Below, one piece after another: positions 1 to 10,468 of a stretch of 64,000 nt of DNA. This stretch comes from Bacillota bacterium (GTDB lineage Bacteria; Bacillota; DTU030; DUMP01). The stretch is from positions 81,967 to 145,966 of the forward strand of contig JASKKP010000001.1 of NCBI GenBank assembly GCA_030154105.1, read 5' to 3'. How positions within the stretch are numbered: the first letter of the stretch is position 1; each line of letters begins with the position of its first letter. Both the position numbers and the translations under genes were made by a program. The notes beneath the pieces were generated by a model, which made no database searches, was not told the DNA's origin, and was given only the letters and a program-made list of their open reading frames with translations.

Positions 1-4
1 CAGC

Positions 5-2446
5 GTGGTGGTGGCGCCTTCGCAGACCCTCACCAACCGGGAATACCAACTCCTGCGCACGGCCGCGCTGAAGATCATCCGCGCCTTGGGTATTGTCGGG
101 GGCTGCAACATTCAGTTTGCCCTAGACCCCGGGAGCGAGCGCTACTACGTGATTGAAGTCAACCCGCGGGTGAGCCGCTCCAGCGCCCTGGCCTCCAAAG
201 CCACCGGCTACCCCATTGCCAAGGTAACGGCGAAGGTGGCTCTGGGGTTGAGGCTCGACGAGATAAAGAACCCCGTGACCGAGGAAACCTGGGCGGCGTT
301 CGAGCCGGCGCTGGACTATGTGGTGGTTAAGGTGCCGCGTTGGCCCTTCGACAAATTTAAGCAAAGCGATCGCCGCCTGGGGACGCAGATGAAGGCCACC
401 GGCGAGGTGATGGCCCTCGACCGCACGCTGGAGGGGGCGCTCATCAAGGCCATCCGCTCGCTGGAGATAGGGCTGGCCCATCCCTGGGTCCCTTCTCTGG
501 AAAGCTTGACGCGGGAGGAAATCGCCGCCGCCCTTCAGGAGGTGCGGGACGACCGCCTGCTCCTTCTCTTCGCCGCCCTGCGCCACGGCTTCGGCATCAC
601 CGAGCTTCACGAAACTACCGGGATCGACCCCTTCTTTTTGGCCAAGCTGGAGAACATCGTGCGTATGGAGCGAGAGCTGGCGGACGGTCTTACGCCCGAA
701 CGGGTCGCCCGAGCAAAGAAGCTGGGCTTCAGCGACGCGGCCATCGCGCATTTCAGCGGCCGGACGGAGGGCGAGGTGCGCCGCCTGCGGGCCGAAAAGG
801 ATATCCTTCCGGGCTACAAGATGGTGGATACCTGCGCCGCCGAGTTTAGGGCGGTGACGCCTTACTACTACTCCACCTATGCCGGCGGTGACGAGGTGGA
901 GGTGGACACCCGGCCGAAGGTGGTGGTTTTAGGCTCCGGCCCCATTCGCATCGGCCAGGGGATTGAATTCGACTACTGCTCGGTACATGCCGTCTGGGCG
1001 GCGCGGGCGGCCGGGTATGAAACCGTTCTCATCAACAACAATCCGGAGACGGTGAGCACGGATTTTGATACTGCCGACCGGCTTTACTTTGAGCCGCTTC
1101 ACCCGGAAGACGTGCGGGCAGTGCTCAAAAAAGAACGGCCGGCGGGCGTCATTGCCCAGTTCGGCGGCCAGACGGCCCTCAACCTGGCGGTGGAGCTGGG
1201 AGAAGAATTTCCGCTTTTCGGCACTTCGGCCGAGGGGCTGGCCGCCGCCGAAGACCGGGAACTCTTCGACGCCCTTCTCGCCCGCCTGGGGCTGGCCCGC
1301 CCGCCGGGCGGCGCGGTAACCGACGCTGCCGCCGGGCTCGCTCTGGCCAAGAAGCTCGGCTTTCCCGTTCTGGTGCGCCCCTCCTTCGTCCTGGGTGGGC
1401 GGGGGATGGAGGTGGTCGCAGACGAGGCGGAACTTTGCCGCTACTTGGAAGAAGCTTTAACCGTTTCGCCCGGCCGGCCCATCCTCATCGATCGCTACCT
1501 TCCGGGCCGCGAGATCGAAGTGGACGCCCTGGCCGACGGGGAGGAGGTGGTCATCCCCGGGATTATGGAACACATCGAGCGGGCAGGAATTCACTCCGGC
1601 GACAGCATTGCCGTTTACCCGGCGGACCTCCCGCCGGAAGTCACCGAAGAGGTGGTAGCTGCAACTCGCGCTCTGGCCCGGGGGCTTAAAGCCAAAGGCC
1701 TCATCAACATCCAGTTCGTCTACCACCAGGGCCGCCTTTTGGTCATCGAGGCGAACCCGCGCGCCAGCCGCACGGTGCCTTTCCTGAGCAAGGTCACCGG
1801 CCTGCCCCTGGTCCCCTTGGCTACCCGCCTCAGCCTGGGGGCCCGCCTCGCCGAATTGGGCCTCGCCCCCGGGCTCGTCCCACCACGCCGCCTGGTGGCG
1901 GTTAAGGCGCCGGTTTTCTCCTTCGGCAAGCTCGCGCGGGTAGATCCGCGCCTGGGCCCGGAGATGAAGTCCACCGGCGAGGTGCTGGGGCTGGACCGCA
2001 CGCTCCCTGCCGCCCTGTACAAGGCGCTTCTTGCCGCCAGGCAGGCGCTACCGGCGGGAGGGACGATGCTCCTTTCGGTGGCCGACCGCGATAAGGAAGA
2101 AGTGCTTTCGGCGGCCGAAGAGCTTGTAGGGCTCGGCTGGCGGCTCAGCGCCACGCCGGGAACGGCCCGCTACCTGGCGCGGCGGGGGCTGCCGGTGGAG
2201 GAGGTCGAACCGGAGCGGGCCTTGGAGCGAGTACGGAGTGGGGGAGTGAGCGCGGCGGTTTCTACCCCCAACCACCGTCCCGGCACCCAGACCTTTGGCC
2301 TGGCCCTGCGGCGGCTGGCGGTAGAATATGGGCTTCCCCTCTACACCTGTCCGGACACGCTCAAAGCAGCCCTCCTTGCTGCCCGGGCCGTGCGCGAGGG
2401 CGAAACGGTAAACTGTGCCGACCTGAACTGGTACCTCAATTTTTAA
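5..2446 (+). CDS. carB: Carbamoyl-phosphate synthase large subunit (5' end lies before the window)
   Basis: IEVNPRVSRSSALASKATGYPIAK, LGSGPIRIGQGIEFDY, GPEMKSTGEV motifs and C-terminal MGS domain; frame is open at the window edge. Confidence 0.97.
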   Translation: MVVAPSQTLTNREYQLLRTAALKIIRALGIVGGCNIQFALDPGSERYYVIEVNPRVSRSSALASKATGYPIAKVTAKVALGLRLDEIKNPVTEETWAAFEPALDYVVVKVPRWPFDKFKQSDRRLGTQMKATGEVMALDRTLEGALIKAIRSLEIGLAHPWVPSLESLTREEIAAALQEVRDDRLLLLFAALRHGFGITELHETTGIDPFFLAKLENIVRMERELADGLTPERVARAKKLGFSDAAIAHFSGRTEGEVRRLRAEKDILPGYKMVDTCAAEFRAVTPYYYSTYAGGDEVEVDTRPKVVVLGSGPIRIGQGIEFDYCSVHAVWAARAAGYETVLINNNPETVSTDFDTADRLYFEPLHPEDVRAVLKKERPAGVIAQFGGQTALNLAVELGEEFPLFGTSAEGLAAAEDRELFDALLARLGLARPPGGAVTDAAAGLALAKKLGFPVLVRPSFVLGGRGMEVVADEAELCRYLEEALTVSPGRPILIDRYLPGREIEVDALADGEEVVIPGIMEHIERAGIHSGDSIAVYPADLPPEVTEEVVAATRALARGLKAKGLINIQFVYHQGRLLVIEANPRASRTVPFLSKVTGLPLVPLATRLSLGARLAELGLAPGLVPPRRLVAVKAPVFSFGKLARVDPRLGPEMKSTGEVLGLDRTLPAALYKALLAARQALPAGGTMLLSVADRDKEEVLSAAEELVGLGWRLSATPGTARYLARRGLPVEEVEPERALERVRSGGVSAAVSTPNHRPGTQTFGLALRRLAVEYGLPLYTCPDTLKAALLAARAVREGETVNCADLNWYLNF

Positions 2447-2449
2447 TTT

Positions 2450-2490
2450 GGTGCCCGGCACCTGGGAATATATGCCAGGTGCCGGGCACG
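2450..2490. repeat. REP-like palindrome doublet forming a perfect 15-bp stem between carB and argF
   Basis: GTGCCCGGCACCTGG (2451-2465) / CCAGGTGCCGGGCAC (2475-2489) with a 9-nt loop; each arm contains a GGTGCC-N-GGCAC palindrome. Confidence 0.75.
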
Positions 2491-2505
2491 GTAAGGAGGT
2501 AGACC

Positions 2506-3438
2506 ATGCACGACCTTAAAGGCCGCGACTTCATCAGCTTGGCCGACTTTAGCCCGGAAGAGATTCGCCAGCTTCTCGACGCGGCGCATGATCTTAAGCG
2601 GCAGCAGAAGCTGGGCCTCAGTTCACGGCCGCTTATGGGCCGTACCCTCGCCATGCTCTTTCACAAGCACTCCACGCGCACCCGCGTTTCCTTTGCCGTG
2701 GGTATGTATCAACTGGGCGGGCAGGCGCTGTACCTGGGGGCAGACGAGCTTCAGCTGGGCCGGGGAGAGACGGTGGCCGACACCGCCCGCGTCCTCTCCC
2801 GTTACGTGGATGCCATTCTCATCCGCACCTACGCGCACGAGCTCGTCTTGGAACTGGCCCAAGAGGCGAGCGTGCCGGTAATTAACGGCCTTACGGATTT
2901 GCTCCACCCCACCCAGGCGCTGGCCGACTTTTTCACCCTGGAAGAGAAAAAGGGCCGCCTGGCCGGCCTGAAGCTGGCTTACGTGGGCGACGGCAACAAC
3001 GTGGCCCACTCCCTCCTCATCGGCGCCGCCAAGCTGGGCGTGAATATCAGCCTGGCCTGCCCGCCCGGCTACGGGCCGAAGGAGGAGATTGTGGCCATCG
3101 CTCGAGAGGCTGCGGCCGGAAGCGGGGCCGCCATTTCCATCGGCACCGATCCGCAGGAGGCCGTAGCCGGCGCCGACGCGGTCTACACCGACGTCTGGAC
3201 CAGTATGGGCCAGGAGGCGGAAAGTGGTGCCCGGCGAACGGCCTTTGCCTCCTACCAGGTGAACGCGGCGCTTATGGCCCTGGCCAAGCCGGATGCTGTG
3301 TTCCTCCACTGCCTGCCCTGCCACCGGGGGGAGGAGGTGACGGCGGAAGTAGTAGACGGTCCCTGGTCCGTCGTGTTCGACGAGGCCGAGAACCGTCTGC
3401 ACGTACACAAAGCCATCCTGGCCGCGCTGGTACGCTGA
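2506..3438 (+). CDS. argF: Ornithine carbamoyltransferase
   Basis: STRTRVSF, HPTQALAD and FLHCLP motifs; AAGGAGG RBS; arg operon context. Confidence 0.97.
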   Translation: MHDLKGRDFISLADFSPEEIRQLLDAAHDLKRQQKLGLSSRPLMGRTLAMLFHKHSTRTRVSFAVGMYQLGGQALYLGADELQLGRGETVADTARVLSRYVDAILIRTYAHELVLELAQEASVPVINGLTDLLHPTQALADFFTLEEKKGRLAGLKLAYVGDGNNVAHSLLIGAAKLGVNISLACPPGYGPKEEIVAIAREAAAGSGAAISIGTDPQEAVAGADAVYTDVWTSMGQEAESGARRTAFASYQVNAALMALAKPDAVFLHCLPCHRGEEVTAEVVDGPWSVVFDEAENRLHVHKAILAALVR

Positions 3439-3495
3439 AGAAAAAGCGGCCCCTTGGAAGGCCCGAGTTTCTTTACCCCGGCGGTCGGCCGTGCC

Positions 3496-3828
3496 CTACT
3501 TTTTCTTGTCTTCGAGGGCGTATCCGTGCGGCGGCCTACCTGGTCCGCCCGGCGGCATGGGCGGCATCCCGGGCATCTGGCCCATCATTTCCATCATCCG
3601 CCGGTGCTGGACCGGATCGAGCATCATAATGGCGTGCATCAGCATGGCCACGTGCTCCTTCTCATCGTTCATGTTGTGGCAGAAGATTTCCGCGAGATGC
3701 CGGTCTCTCGTCTCCATGGCGTGGCGCTGGTACTGATTGATGGCGGCGAGCTCCCCAATAAGGTCTTCCCTAAGGGGAAGGAGCCGTTCATCTAGGGTGC
3801 ACATTTCGTCTACCTGGTGGGAAGCCAT
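3496..3828 (-). CDS. Small ferritin/rubrerythrin-like four-helix protein with Met/Pro/Gly-rich C-terminal tail
   Basis: ELAAINQY...NDEKEH...LDP di-iron-type motifs; GGAGG RBS at 3836-3840 supports ATG 3828 rather than the longer ORF start. Confidence 0.75.
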   Translation of the reverse strand: MASHQVDEMCTLDERLLPLREDLIGELAAINQYQRHAMETRDRHLAEIFCHNMNDEKEHVAMLMHAIMMLDPVQHRRMMEMMGQMPGMPPMPPGGPGRPPHGYALEDKKK

Positions 3829-3897
3829 AAGACGACCTCCTTTTAAGCAGCCTGTTTTTACTGCCAGCATATGTTTGCCGAGGGCGGGGCGTGCTGA

Positions 3898-3926
3898 TTG
3901 CATTTCTATGCTTGTAATCTTATAAT
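3898..3926 (+). promoter_or_regulatory. Sigma-A promoter of argGH overlapped by an ARG box (ArgR/AhrC operator)
   Basis: TTGCAT(3898)-17 nt-TATAAT(3921); TGCATTTCTATGCT at 3899-3912 fits the Firmicute TGMAT-N4-ATKCA consensus except the last base. Confidence 0.75.
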
Positions 3927-4008
3927 TATAGAAGCGAGGCTTGGCCTTAGAACCGGCCTCCCAGGGCTCGATTGTTCGGAGACCATATTGTGCAAGGGAG
4001 GAAATAAC

Positions 4009-5226
4009 ATGGGCGAGGTAAAGAAAGTCGTGCTGGCCTACTCGGGCGGTCTGGACACCTCGGTCATCATCCCCTGGCTTAAGGAAAACTACGGCTGCGA
4101 AGTTATCGCCATGGTGGCCGACGTGGGGCAGGGAGAGGAGCTGGCACCCCTTAAAGAAAAGGCCATCCTAAGCGGAGCGAGCAAGATCTATATCGAGGAC
4201 ATTAAAGAAGACTTGGTAAAGAATTACATTTTCCCTATGCTTAAAGCGGGCGCCGTGTACGAGGGCAAGTATCTTCTCGGCTCTTCCATCGCCCGCCCGG
4301 CCATTGCCAAGAAGCTGGTGGAAGTGGCCCTGGCGGAAGGGGCCGACGCCATCGCCCACGGCTGCACGGGCAAGGGGAACGACCAGGTGCGCTTTGAGCT
4401 TACGGCCAAGGCCCTGGCGCCCCACCTTAAGGTGATTGCTCCCTGGCGCGAGTGGTCGATCAAGTCCCGGGAAGAGGAGATCGACTACGCTCAGGCCCAC
4501 GGCATCCCGGTGCCGGTGACCAAAGAGAAGCCCTACAGCATGGACCGCAACCTCTGGCACATCAGCTATGAGGCCGGCGTGCTCGAGGACCCGAATTTCG
4601 AACCTCAGGAAGACATGTTCCTTCTCACCGTCTCCCCTGAAAAGGCGCCGGATACCCCCGAGTACGTGGAGATCGCCTTCCGGGCGGGCGAGCCGGTAGC
4701 CATCGACGGCGTAGAGTACGGCCCCGTGGAGCTCATCGAGAAACTGAATGCCTTAGGAGGCAAGCACGGCATCGGCCGCGTCGACCTGGTGGAGAACCGC
4801 CTGGTGGGTATGAAGTCCCGCGGCGTGTATGAAACCCCGGGCGGCACCATCCTCACCTTTGCCCACCGTGAGCTCGAGTATTTGACTTTGGACCGGGAGA
4901 CCATGCACTACAAAGAACTGGTCGCCGCCAAATATGCCGAACTCGTGTACTACGGTCTCTGGTTCACGCCGCTCCGCGAGGCGCTGGATGCCTTTGTGGC
5001 CGTGACGCAAAAGAACGTCACCGGCACGGTACGCCTCAAGCTCTATAAAGGGAACATCAGCGTTGCCGGGCGCACCTCGCCCTTTAGCCTCTACCGGGAA
5101 GACCTGGCCACTTTCGGTGCCGATGCCGTCTACAACCAGAAGGATGCCGAAGGCTTCATCAACCTCTTCGGCCTGCCGCTCAAGGTGCAGGGGCTGCTTA
5201 AGGCGGCAGGGGAGAAAAAGGCATGA
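4009..5226 (+). CDS. argG: Argininosuccinate synthase
   Basis: [36 protein letters not shown]; GGGAGG RBS before ATG 4009. Confidence 0.97.
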   Translation: MGEVKKVVLAYSGGLDTSVIIPWLKENYGCEVIAMVADVGQGEELAPLKEKAILSGASKIYIEDIKEDLVKNYIFPMLKAGAVYEGKYLLGSSIARPAIAKKLVEVALAEGADAIAHGCTGKGNDQVRFELTAKALAPHLKVIAPWREWSIKSREEEIDYAQAHGIPVPVTKEKPYSMDRNLWHISYEAGVLEDPNFEPQEDMFLLTVSPEKAPDTPEYVEIAFRAGEPVAIDGVEYGPVELIEKLNALGGKHGIGRVDLVENRLVGMKSRGVYETPGGTILTFAHRELEYLTLDRETMHYKELVAAKYAELVYYGLWFTPLREALDAFVAVTQKNVTGTVRLKLYKGNISVAGRTSPFSLYREDLATFGADAVYNQKDAEGFINLFGLPLKVQGLLKAAGEKKA

Positions 5227-6608
5227 AGCTCTGGGGTGGCCGTTTTAGCAAGGAAACGGCGGCGGAGGTAGAAGAATTCACGGCCTCCATCGGCTTCGAC
5301 CGGCGCCTTTGGGAAGAGGACATCGCCGGAAGTCTGGCCCATGTAAAAATGCTGGCGGAGGTAGGGGTGCTCACGGCCGAGGAGGCCGCCACCATCTCCC
5401 GGGGCCTGGAAGAGATCCGGGAGGAGATAAAAAGCGGCGCTTTTGCCTATAGCGCCGAGTTGGAAGACATCCACATGCACATTGAGCGCCGCCTCATCGA
5501 AAAAGTGGGGCCGGTGGGAGGGAAAGTGCACACCGCCCGCAGCCGCAACGATCAGGTGGCCCTCGACACCCATCTTTGGGTGCTGCGCAAGGTCGACGAG
5601 GTGCTTAAACTCATAAGCGGCCTGCAGGCGGCCCTTGTAAGGAAGGCGCGCGCCCACCAGAACGCCATTCTCCCTGGCTATACTCACCTCCAGCATGCCC
5701 AGCCCATTCTCTTCGCCCACCACCTTCTTGCCTACTTTGAAATGCTGGAGCGAGACCGGGCGCGCTTTCTCGGCTGCCGTGAGCGCGCGGACCTCATGCC
5801 TTTGGGTGCGGGGGCGCTGGCCGGGACTACCTTTCCCATTGACCGGGAGCTTGTAGCCCGCGAGCTGGGCTTTAGTAAACTTTATGAAAACAGCCTGGAT
5901 GCCGTGAGCGACCGGGACTACATTTTGGAGTTTCTTTCTGCCTCGGCCATCCTCATGGTCCACCTCTCGCGCCTGGCCGAAGAGCTGATTCTCTGGTCGA
6001 GCCAGGAATTTGGTTTTGTGGAGCTAGACGATGCCTTTAGCACCGGCTCCAGCATCATGCCGCAGAAAAAGAACCCGGACGTGCCCGAGCTGGTGCGCGG
6101 CAAAACCGGCCGGGTGGTAGGGCACCTGACGGCGCTCCTCATGGTGCTGAAAGGCCTGCCCCTCGCCTACAACAAGGACCTGCAGGAGGACAAGGAGGCG
6201 CTTTTTGATACGGCGGACACCGTGTGCGCCTCGCTTAAGATCTTCACCGATCTAATTGCCACCCTTAAAGTCAACGAAGGGCGCATGCTGGCCGCCGCCC
6301 GAGGCGACTTTTCCACGGCCACCGACCTGGCCGACTACCTGGCCCGCCGGGGGCTGCCTTTCCGCGAGGCGCACGCCGTAGTAGGCCGGCTGGTGCAAAA
6401 GTGCCTGGCCGAAGGCAAGGCTCTGGAAGACCTTACGCTGGATGAGCTCCGGGCCGCTTCGCCCCTTTTTGGTTCCGACGCCCTGGCCGCCCTTCAGGTG
6501 GAGCAATCTGTAGAGCGGCGCACCTCGCGCGGCGGCACGGCGCCTGCCCGGGTGGAGGAGGCGCTAAAGCGGGCGGAGGCCGTCCTTTCCGGCCGCGGCG
6601 CTTTGTGA
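5223..6608 (+). CDS. argH: Argininosuccinate lyase
   Basis: [28 protein letters not shown]; 4-nt overlap with argG. Confidence 0.97.
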   Translation: MKLWGGRFSKETAAEVEEFTASIGFDRRLWEEDIAGSLAHVKMLAEVGVLTAEEAATISRGLEEIREEIKSGAFAYSAELEDIHMHIERRLIEKVGPVGGKVHTARSRNDQVALDTHLWVLRKVDEVLKLISGLQAALVRKARAHQNAILPGYTHLQHAQPILFAHHLLAYFEMLERDRARFLGCRERADLMPLGAGALAGTTFPIDRELVARELGFSKLYENSLDAVSDRDYILEFLSASAILMVHLSRLAEELILWSSQEFGFVELDDAFSTGSSIMPQKKNPDVPELVRGKTGRVVGHLTALLMVLKGLPLAYNKDLQEDKEALFDTADTVCASLKIFTDLIATLKVNEGRMLAAARGDFSTATDLADYLARRGLPFREAHAVVGRLVQKCLAEGKALEDLTLDELRAASPLFGSDALAALQVEQSVERRTSRGGTAPARVEEALKRAEAVLSGRGAL

Positions 6609-6761
6609 GAATGTCTTACCTGATAATCAGTAAGGGGTTGGGGACTCTTCTCCCAACCCCTCTTCTGTCACCAAACCTTTCTCCCGCCAATACAATGGTG
6701 GAGGAAGGGGGAGGGAAAGGCCGACCTCGCCCCTTACAAAACCGAGGGAGGGGAACGAAAG

Positions 6762-7856
6762 GTGAAAGGAAAGGTTTGGTTGGCAGCGGCCCTGGCCATC
6801 TTCTTGCTGGCTGCCGGGTGCAGCCCCGCCCGGCAGCCTAAGGCGGAAGCGCCGGCTTCTGCTCCTACTTCCGGCCCTGCCGCGGCGGCTCCGGAAGCCG
6901 GGCTAAAGCCGCTCTCGCCTGCAGTCACGGTGACCGTCGGCATGAAGCAGGTGGTTTCCGACGCCGGGGTCCTCATCGGCATGGCCAAGGGGTATTATGA
7001 GGAGCTGGGTATTAAGATAAAGCCGGTGCAGTTCAACACCGGCCAGGAGATGATCAACGCCCTGGCCGCCGGGCAGCTGGACGTGGGGGCCACCGTCACG
7101 GCCACGGGGCTCTTCAACGCCATGCTGCGCGGTATCCCCATTAAGATCGTCGCCGACAAAGGGGTGAACGTCCCCGGCCGGGGGTACTACCGCCTCTGCA
7201 TCCGCAAGGATCTAGCAGGTAAGATCAAGGATTATAAAGACTTGAAGGGGAGAAAGCTCGCCGTGGTGGCCACGGCTTCGCTGGACGAGATTGCCCTCGA
7301 CCGGTGCCTGAACGCCGGTGGGCTTTCCACTAAGGATGTGGACCTCCAGGTGATCCGGTCCTTCCCGGACATGGTGGCGGCCATGGGGAGCGGCAGCATC
7401 GACGGCGGCATGGTGATCGAGCCTTTCATAGCCCAGGGCATGGCTAAGGGCGTGCTGGATCCCTGGAAGGATCCGTCCGAGTACGATCCGGAGGCCCAGA
7501 CGGCCCTCCTCGTCTACGGCCCCAGCATGACCGGCCGGCCTGAAGTGGCGGACCGCTTCATGGTAGCCTACATCAAATCCCTCCGCGACTACAACGACGC
7601 CTTCTTTAAGGGCAAGAACAAGGACGAGATCATCTCTATCTTGGCCGAATGGTCGACGGTGAAAGATAAGGCTCTGTACGATAAGATGTTCCCGGTAGGC
7701 CTCAACCCGGACGGCTATGTCCGGGCCAAGGGTATTGAGCTCGACCTGGCCTGGTACAAGGCGCGCGGCCTGTTAAAGGGCGACCTTAAGCTCTCCGACG
7801 TACTGGATAACCAGTATGTGGACCGGGCTCTCAAGGTTCTCGGCAAGTACCAGTGA
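6762..7856 (+). CDS. NitT/TauT/SsuA-family ABC transporter substrate-binding lipoprotein
   Basis: Lipobox LLAAGC, Pro/Ala linker, NMT1/SsuA-like body (ALAAGQLDVG, GSIDGGMVIEPF); adjacent permease and ATPase. Confidence 0.85.
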   Translation: MKGKVWLAAALAIFLLAAGCSPARQPKAEAPASAPTSGPAAAAPEAGLKPLSPAVTVTVGMKQVVSDAGVLIGMAKGYYEELGIKIKPVQFNTGQEMINALAAGQLDVGATVTATGLFNAMLRGIPIKIVADKGVNVPGRGYYRLCIRKDLAGKIKDYKDLKGRKLAVVATASLDEIALDRCLNAGGLSTKDVDLQVIRSFPDMVAAMGSGSIDGGMVIEPFIAQGMAKGVLDPWKDPSEYDPEAQTALLVYGPSMTGRPEVADRFMVAYIKSLRDYNDAFFKGKNKDEIISILAEWSTVKDKALYDKMFPVGLNPDGYVRAKGIELDLAWYKARGLLKGDLKLSDVLDNQYVDRALKVLGKYQ

Positions 7857-7875
7857 CGCGCACCGTTCGTGCGGC

Positions 7876-7901
7876 GGGAGGGCCGGGGCTGCGGCCCTCC
7901 C
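7876..7901 (+). other. Intercistronic stem-loop after the binding-protein gene
   Basis: GGGAGGGCCG/CGGCCCTCCC 10-bp stem without U-tract, typical of mRNA-stabilising hairpins in ABC operons. Confidence 0.55.
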
Positions 7902-7943
7902 GGCCAGGTCCTCTCCCTCAAACCCTACGGAGGTGAAACGGCT

Positions 7944-8702
7944 GTGCGGGCAGAGGCCAGGATACTCTCCTTTTTTTCACCTGCGCTCCTTCTTGTCCTG
8001 TGGGAAGTGCTGGCCCGCGCCGGCCTTGTGGATATCCGGGTTTTTTCTTCTCCCAGCCGGATCCTCGAAACTTTTTTACCGGTGCTCTTTTCTGGCGAGC
8101 TCCTCTATCACACCTGGGTGAGTGTGCGCCGCATCATCCTCGGTTTTCTGGCCGGGGCCATACCCGGTGTGCTCCTTGGGCTTTCCATGGGCCTTTTCCC
8201 CCTGGTGCGGGCGGCTTTAGAGCCCATGGTAGCCATTACCTTTCCCATCCCCAAGCTGGCCGTGATGCCGATGATCATCCTTATCTTCGGGCTGGGCGAA
8301 GCTTCAAAGGTGTTTACGGTGGCCATCGGCGTTTTTTACCTGGTGCTCATCAACACCATGTCCGGTGTGCTCAACATCGATAAAATTTATCTGGATGTAG
8401 CCAAGAACTTCGGCGCGAGCCGCTGGAACTTTTACCGTACTGTAGCCCTGCCGGGGGCCCTGCCCATGATCTTCGCGGGGCTCAAGCTCGGCATGGGCAC
8501 GGCGCTCATCCTGATCGTCGCTGCCGAACTCACCGCCGCCCAGGCCGGACTGGGCGACTGGATCTGGCGCGCCTATGACATGTTCGATATTGAACGCATG
8601 TTTACATCCCTTATCATGCTGACCGTTCTCGGCTACCTGTTTGCCAATGCGCTGGACCTTTTGGAACGGTGGGTGATACCGTGGAAATCGCCGCACGCCT
8701 GA
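7944..8702 (+). CDS. NitT/TauT-family ABC transporter permease
   Basis: Multiple TM segments, EAA-like loop (DVAKNFGASRW...VALPGALPMIFAGLK); GGAGGTG RBS at 7929-7935. Confidence 0.88.
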   Translation: MRAEARILSFFSPALLLVLWEVLARAGLVDIRVFSSPSRILETFLPVLFSGELLYHTWVSVRRIILGFLAGAIPGVLLGLSMGLFPLVRAALEPMVAITFPIPKLAVMPMIILIFGLGEASKVFTVAIGVFYLVLINTMSGVLNIDKIYLDVAKNFGASRWNFYRTVALPGALPMIFAGLKLGMGTALILIVAAELTAAQAGLGDWIWRAYDMFDIERMFTSLIMLTVLGYLFANALDLLERWVIPWKSPHA

Positions 8703-9535
8703 TCGGTGCGCACGCACAAGCAAGGGGGAAGGCGAAGGTGCAGCCGAACGGAGAAGCTATCGTCCTCACCGGCATCAGCAAAACCTTCACCGGCCGCAGC
8801 GGCACGGTTGTAGCCCTCGAGGACATCAACCTTACCATCCAGGAGGGCGAGTTCCTCTGCATCGTCGGCCCGAGCGGCTGCGGCAAGACGACGCTCCTTA
8901 GGATCTTGGCCGGGCTGGAGAAGCCTACGAGCGGCCAGGTGGAGATAAGGGTGCGGGAACCAGGTAAACCGGTAAACTCCATGGTGTTTCAGGAGCAGTC
9001 CATTTTTCCCTGGTACACGGTCAAAGAGAACGTGGCCTACGGCCTCGCCATGCGCGGGGTGTCGCGGGCGCGCCGGGAGGAGATTGCCGAGCATTACCTT
9101 AAAATCACGGGGCTCAGCAAGTTCGCCAACGCCTACCCCCACCAGCTTTCAGGGGGTATGAAACAGCGGGTCAGCGTGGCTCGGGCCTTCGCCAACGATC
9201 CGTCCATCCTGCTCATGGATGAGCCTTTTGGCTCGCTGGACGAACAGACGCGAGTCATCTTGCAGCAAGAGCTCCTTAGAATTTGGGAGGGGACACGCAA
9301 GACGGCCGTCTTCATCACCCACAGCATCGACGAAGCCCTGGGCTTAGGAGACCGGGTTCTCGTAATGACGGCCCGGCCGGGGCGCGTAAAGGCCGTTTTG
9401 GAGGTGGATCTGCCGCGGCCGCGCGACCTCACCCTTATCCGTTCTCGCCCGCGTTTTCTTGAGCTTTTCGATACCATCTGGTTCTACCTGCGCGAGGAAG
9501 TGATGAAGGCCAAGGCCAGCGAACTTCAAGGCTAA
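8669..9535 (+). CDS. NitT/TauT-family ABC transporter ATPase (start uncertain)
   Basis: GPSGCGKT, LSGGMKQR, LLMDEPF. Confidence 0.92.
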   Translation: MGDTVEIAARLIGAHAQARGKAKVQPNGEAIVLTGISKTFTGRSGTVVALEDINLTIQEGEFLCIVGPSGCGKTTLLRILAGLEKPTSGQVEIRVREPGKPVNSMVFQEQSIFPWYTVKENVAYGLAMRGVSRARREEIAEHYLKITGLSKFANAYPHQLSGGMKQRVSVARAFANDPSILLMDEPFGSLDEQTRVILQQELLRIWEGTRKTAVFITHSIDEALGLGDRVLVMTARPGRVKAVLEVDLPRPRDLTLIRSRPRFLELFDTIWFYLREEVMKAKASELQG

Positions 9536-9661
9536 CGAGCCGGGGCCTGGCGCAAAAAATGTTACGCCGGGAAAAGGTTTTTCCGCTTTCCCCAGCGAAA
9601 GTATAAGAGGAAAGCGGATAAGATATAAGAGAAACAAGCAAAAATTGGCAAGGTGAGGCCC

Positions 9662-10468
9662 ATGCTGGAACAGCTTCGTCATATTTCCCCCCTAGACATT
9701 CTTGACATCCTCATCGTCGCCTTTGTCATTTATCGGGTAATCCTCTGGATCCGGGGCACGCGGGCCGTCCAGCTCTTAAAAGGCCTCGCCGTTCTTCTTT
9801 TGGCCTACTTCTTTAGCCGGCGCTTCGGCCTGGCGGCTACGAGTTGGCTCCTCGACAAGGTGATGACTATGGGCCTCATCGCCGTGCCTATCATTTTCCA
9901 GCCTGAACTAAGGCGAGGCCTGGAGCAACTGGGGCGCGGCCGCCTTTTTACGCCCGCCAGCCGACTCCTGGGTGAGGAGGACGTGTCGCGGGTCATCCGG
10001 GAGGTAGTGCGGGGCGTGCAGGTACTGGCCCGCAACAAGGTGGGAGCGCTGATCGTCCTCGAGCGCCAGACCGGGCTTAAGGAAGTAGAGGAGACGGGCA
10101 TTCCTCTGGACGCCCTGGTTTCGGCCGAACTTCTGGTAAACGTTTTTGTTCCCAACACGCCGCTGCATGATGGGGCTTTGATCATCCGCGGGGACCGGGC
10201 GGTGGCGGCCGGGTGTTTTCTGCCACTGACGGAGAACCCGGACCTCAGCAAAGACCTGGGAACACGGCACCGGGCTGCCCTCGGCATCAGCGAACAGTCC
10301 GACTGCGTGGCCATCGTGGTGTCGGAGGAAACGGGCATTATCTCCGTGGCTCAAGAAGGACGCCTGCGCCGGCACCTGGACGAGGACAGCCTAAGAGAGC
10401 TCCTCGGCGGAATCTTTAAGCAGGAGGCGATGCTGCCTTTCCTGCGTTGGGGGTCATCGCATGGATAA
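9662..10468 (+). CDS. cdaA: Diadenylate cyclase CdaA
   Basis: Three N-terminal TMs, DGA (LHDGA) and GTRHRAA motifs; cdaA-cdaR-glmM synteny. Confidence 0.95.
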   Translation: MLEQLRHISPLDILDILIVAFVIYRVILWIRGTRAVQLLKGLAVLLLAYFFSRRFGLAATSWLLDKVMTMGLIAVPIIFQPELRRGLEQLGRGRLFTPASRLLGEEDVSRVIREVVRGVQVLARNKVGALIVLERQTGLKEVEETGIPLDALVSAELLVNVFVPNTPLHDGALIIRGDRAVAAGCFLPLTENPDLSKDLGTRHRAALGISEQSDCVAIVVSEETGIISVAQEGRLRRHLDEDSLRELLGGIFKQEAMLPFLRWGSSHG

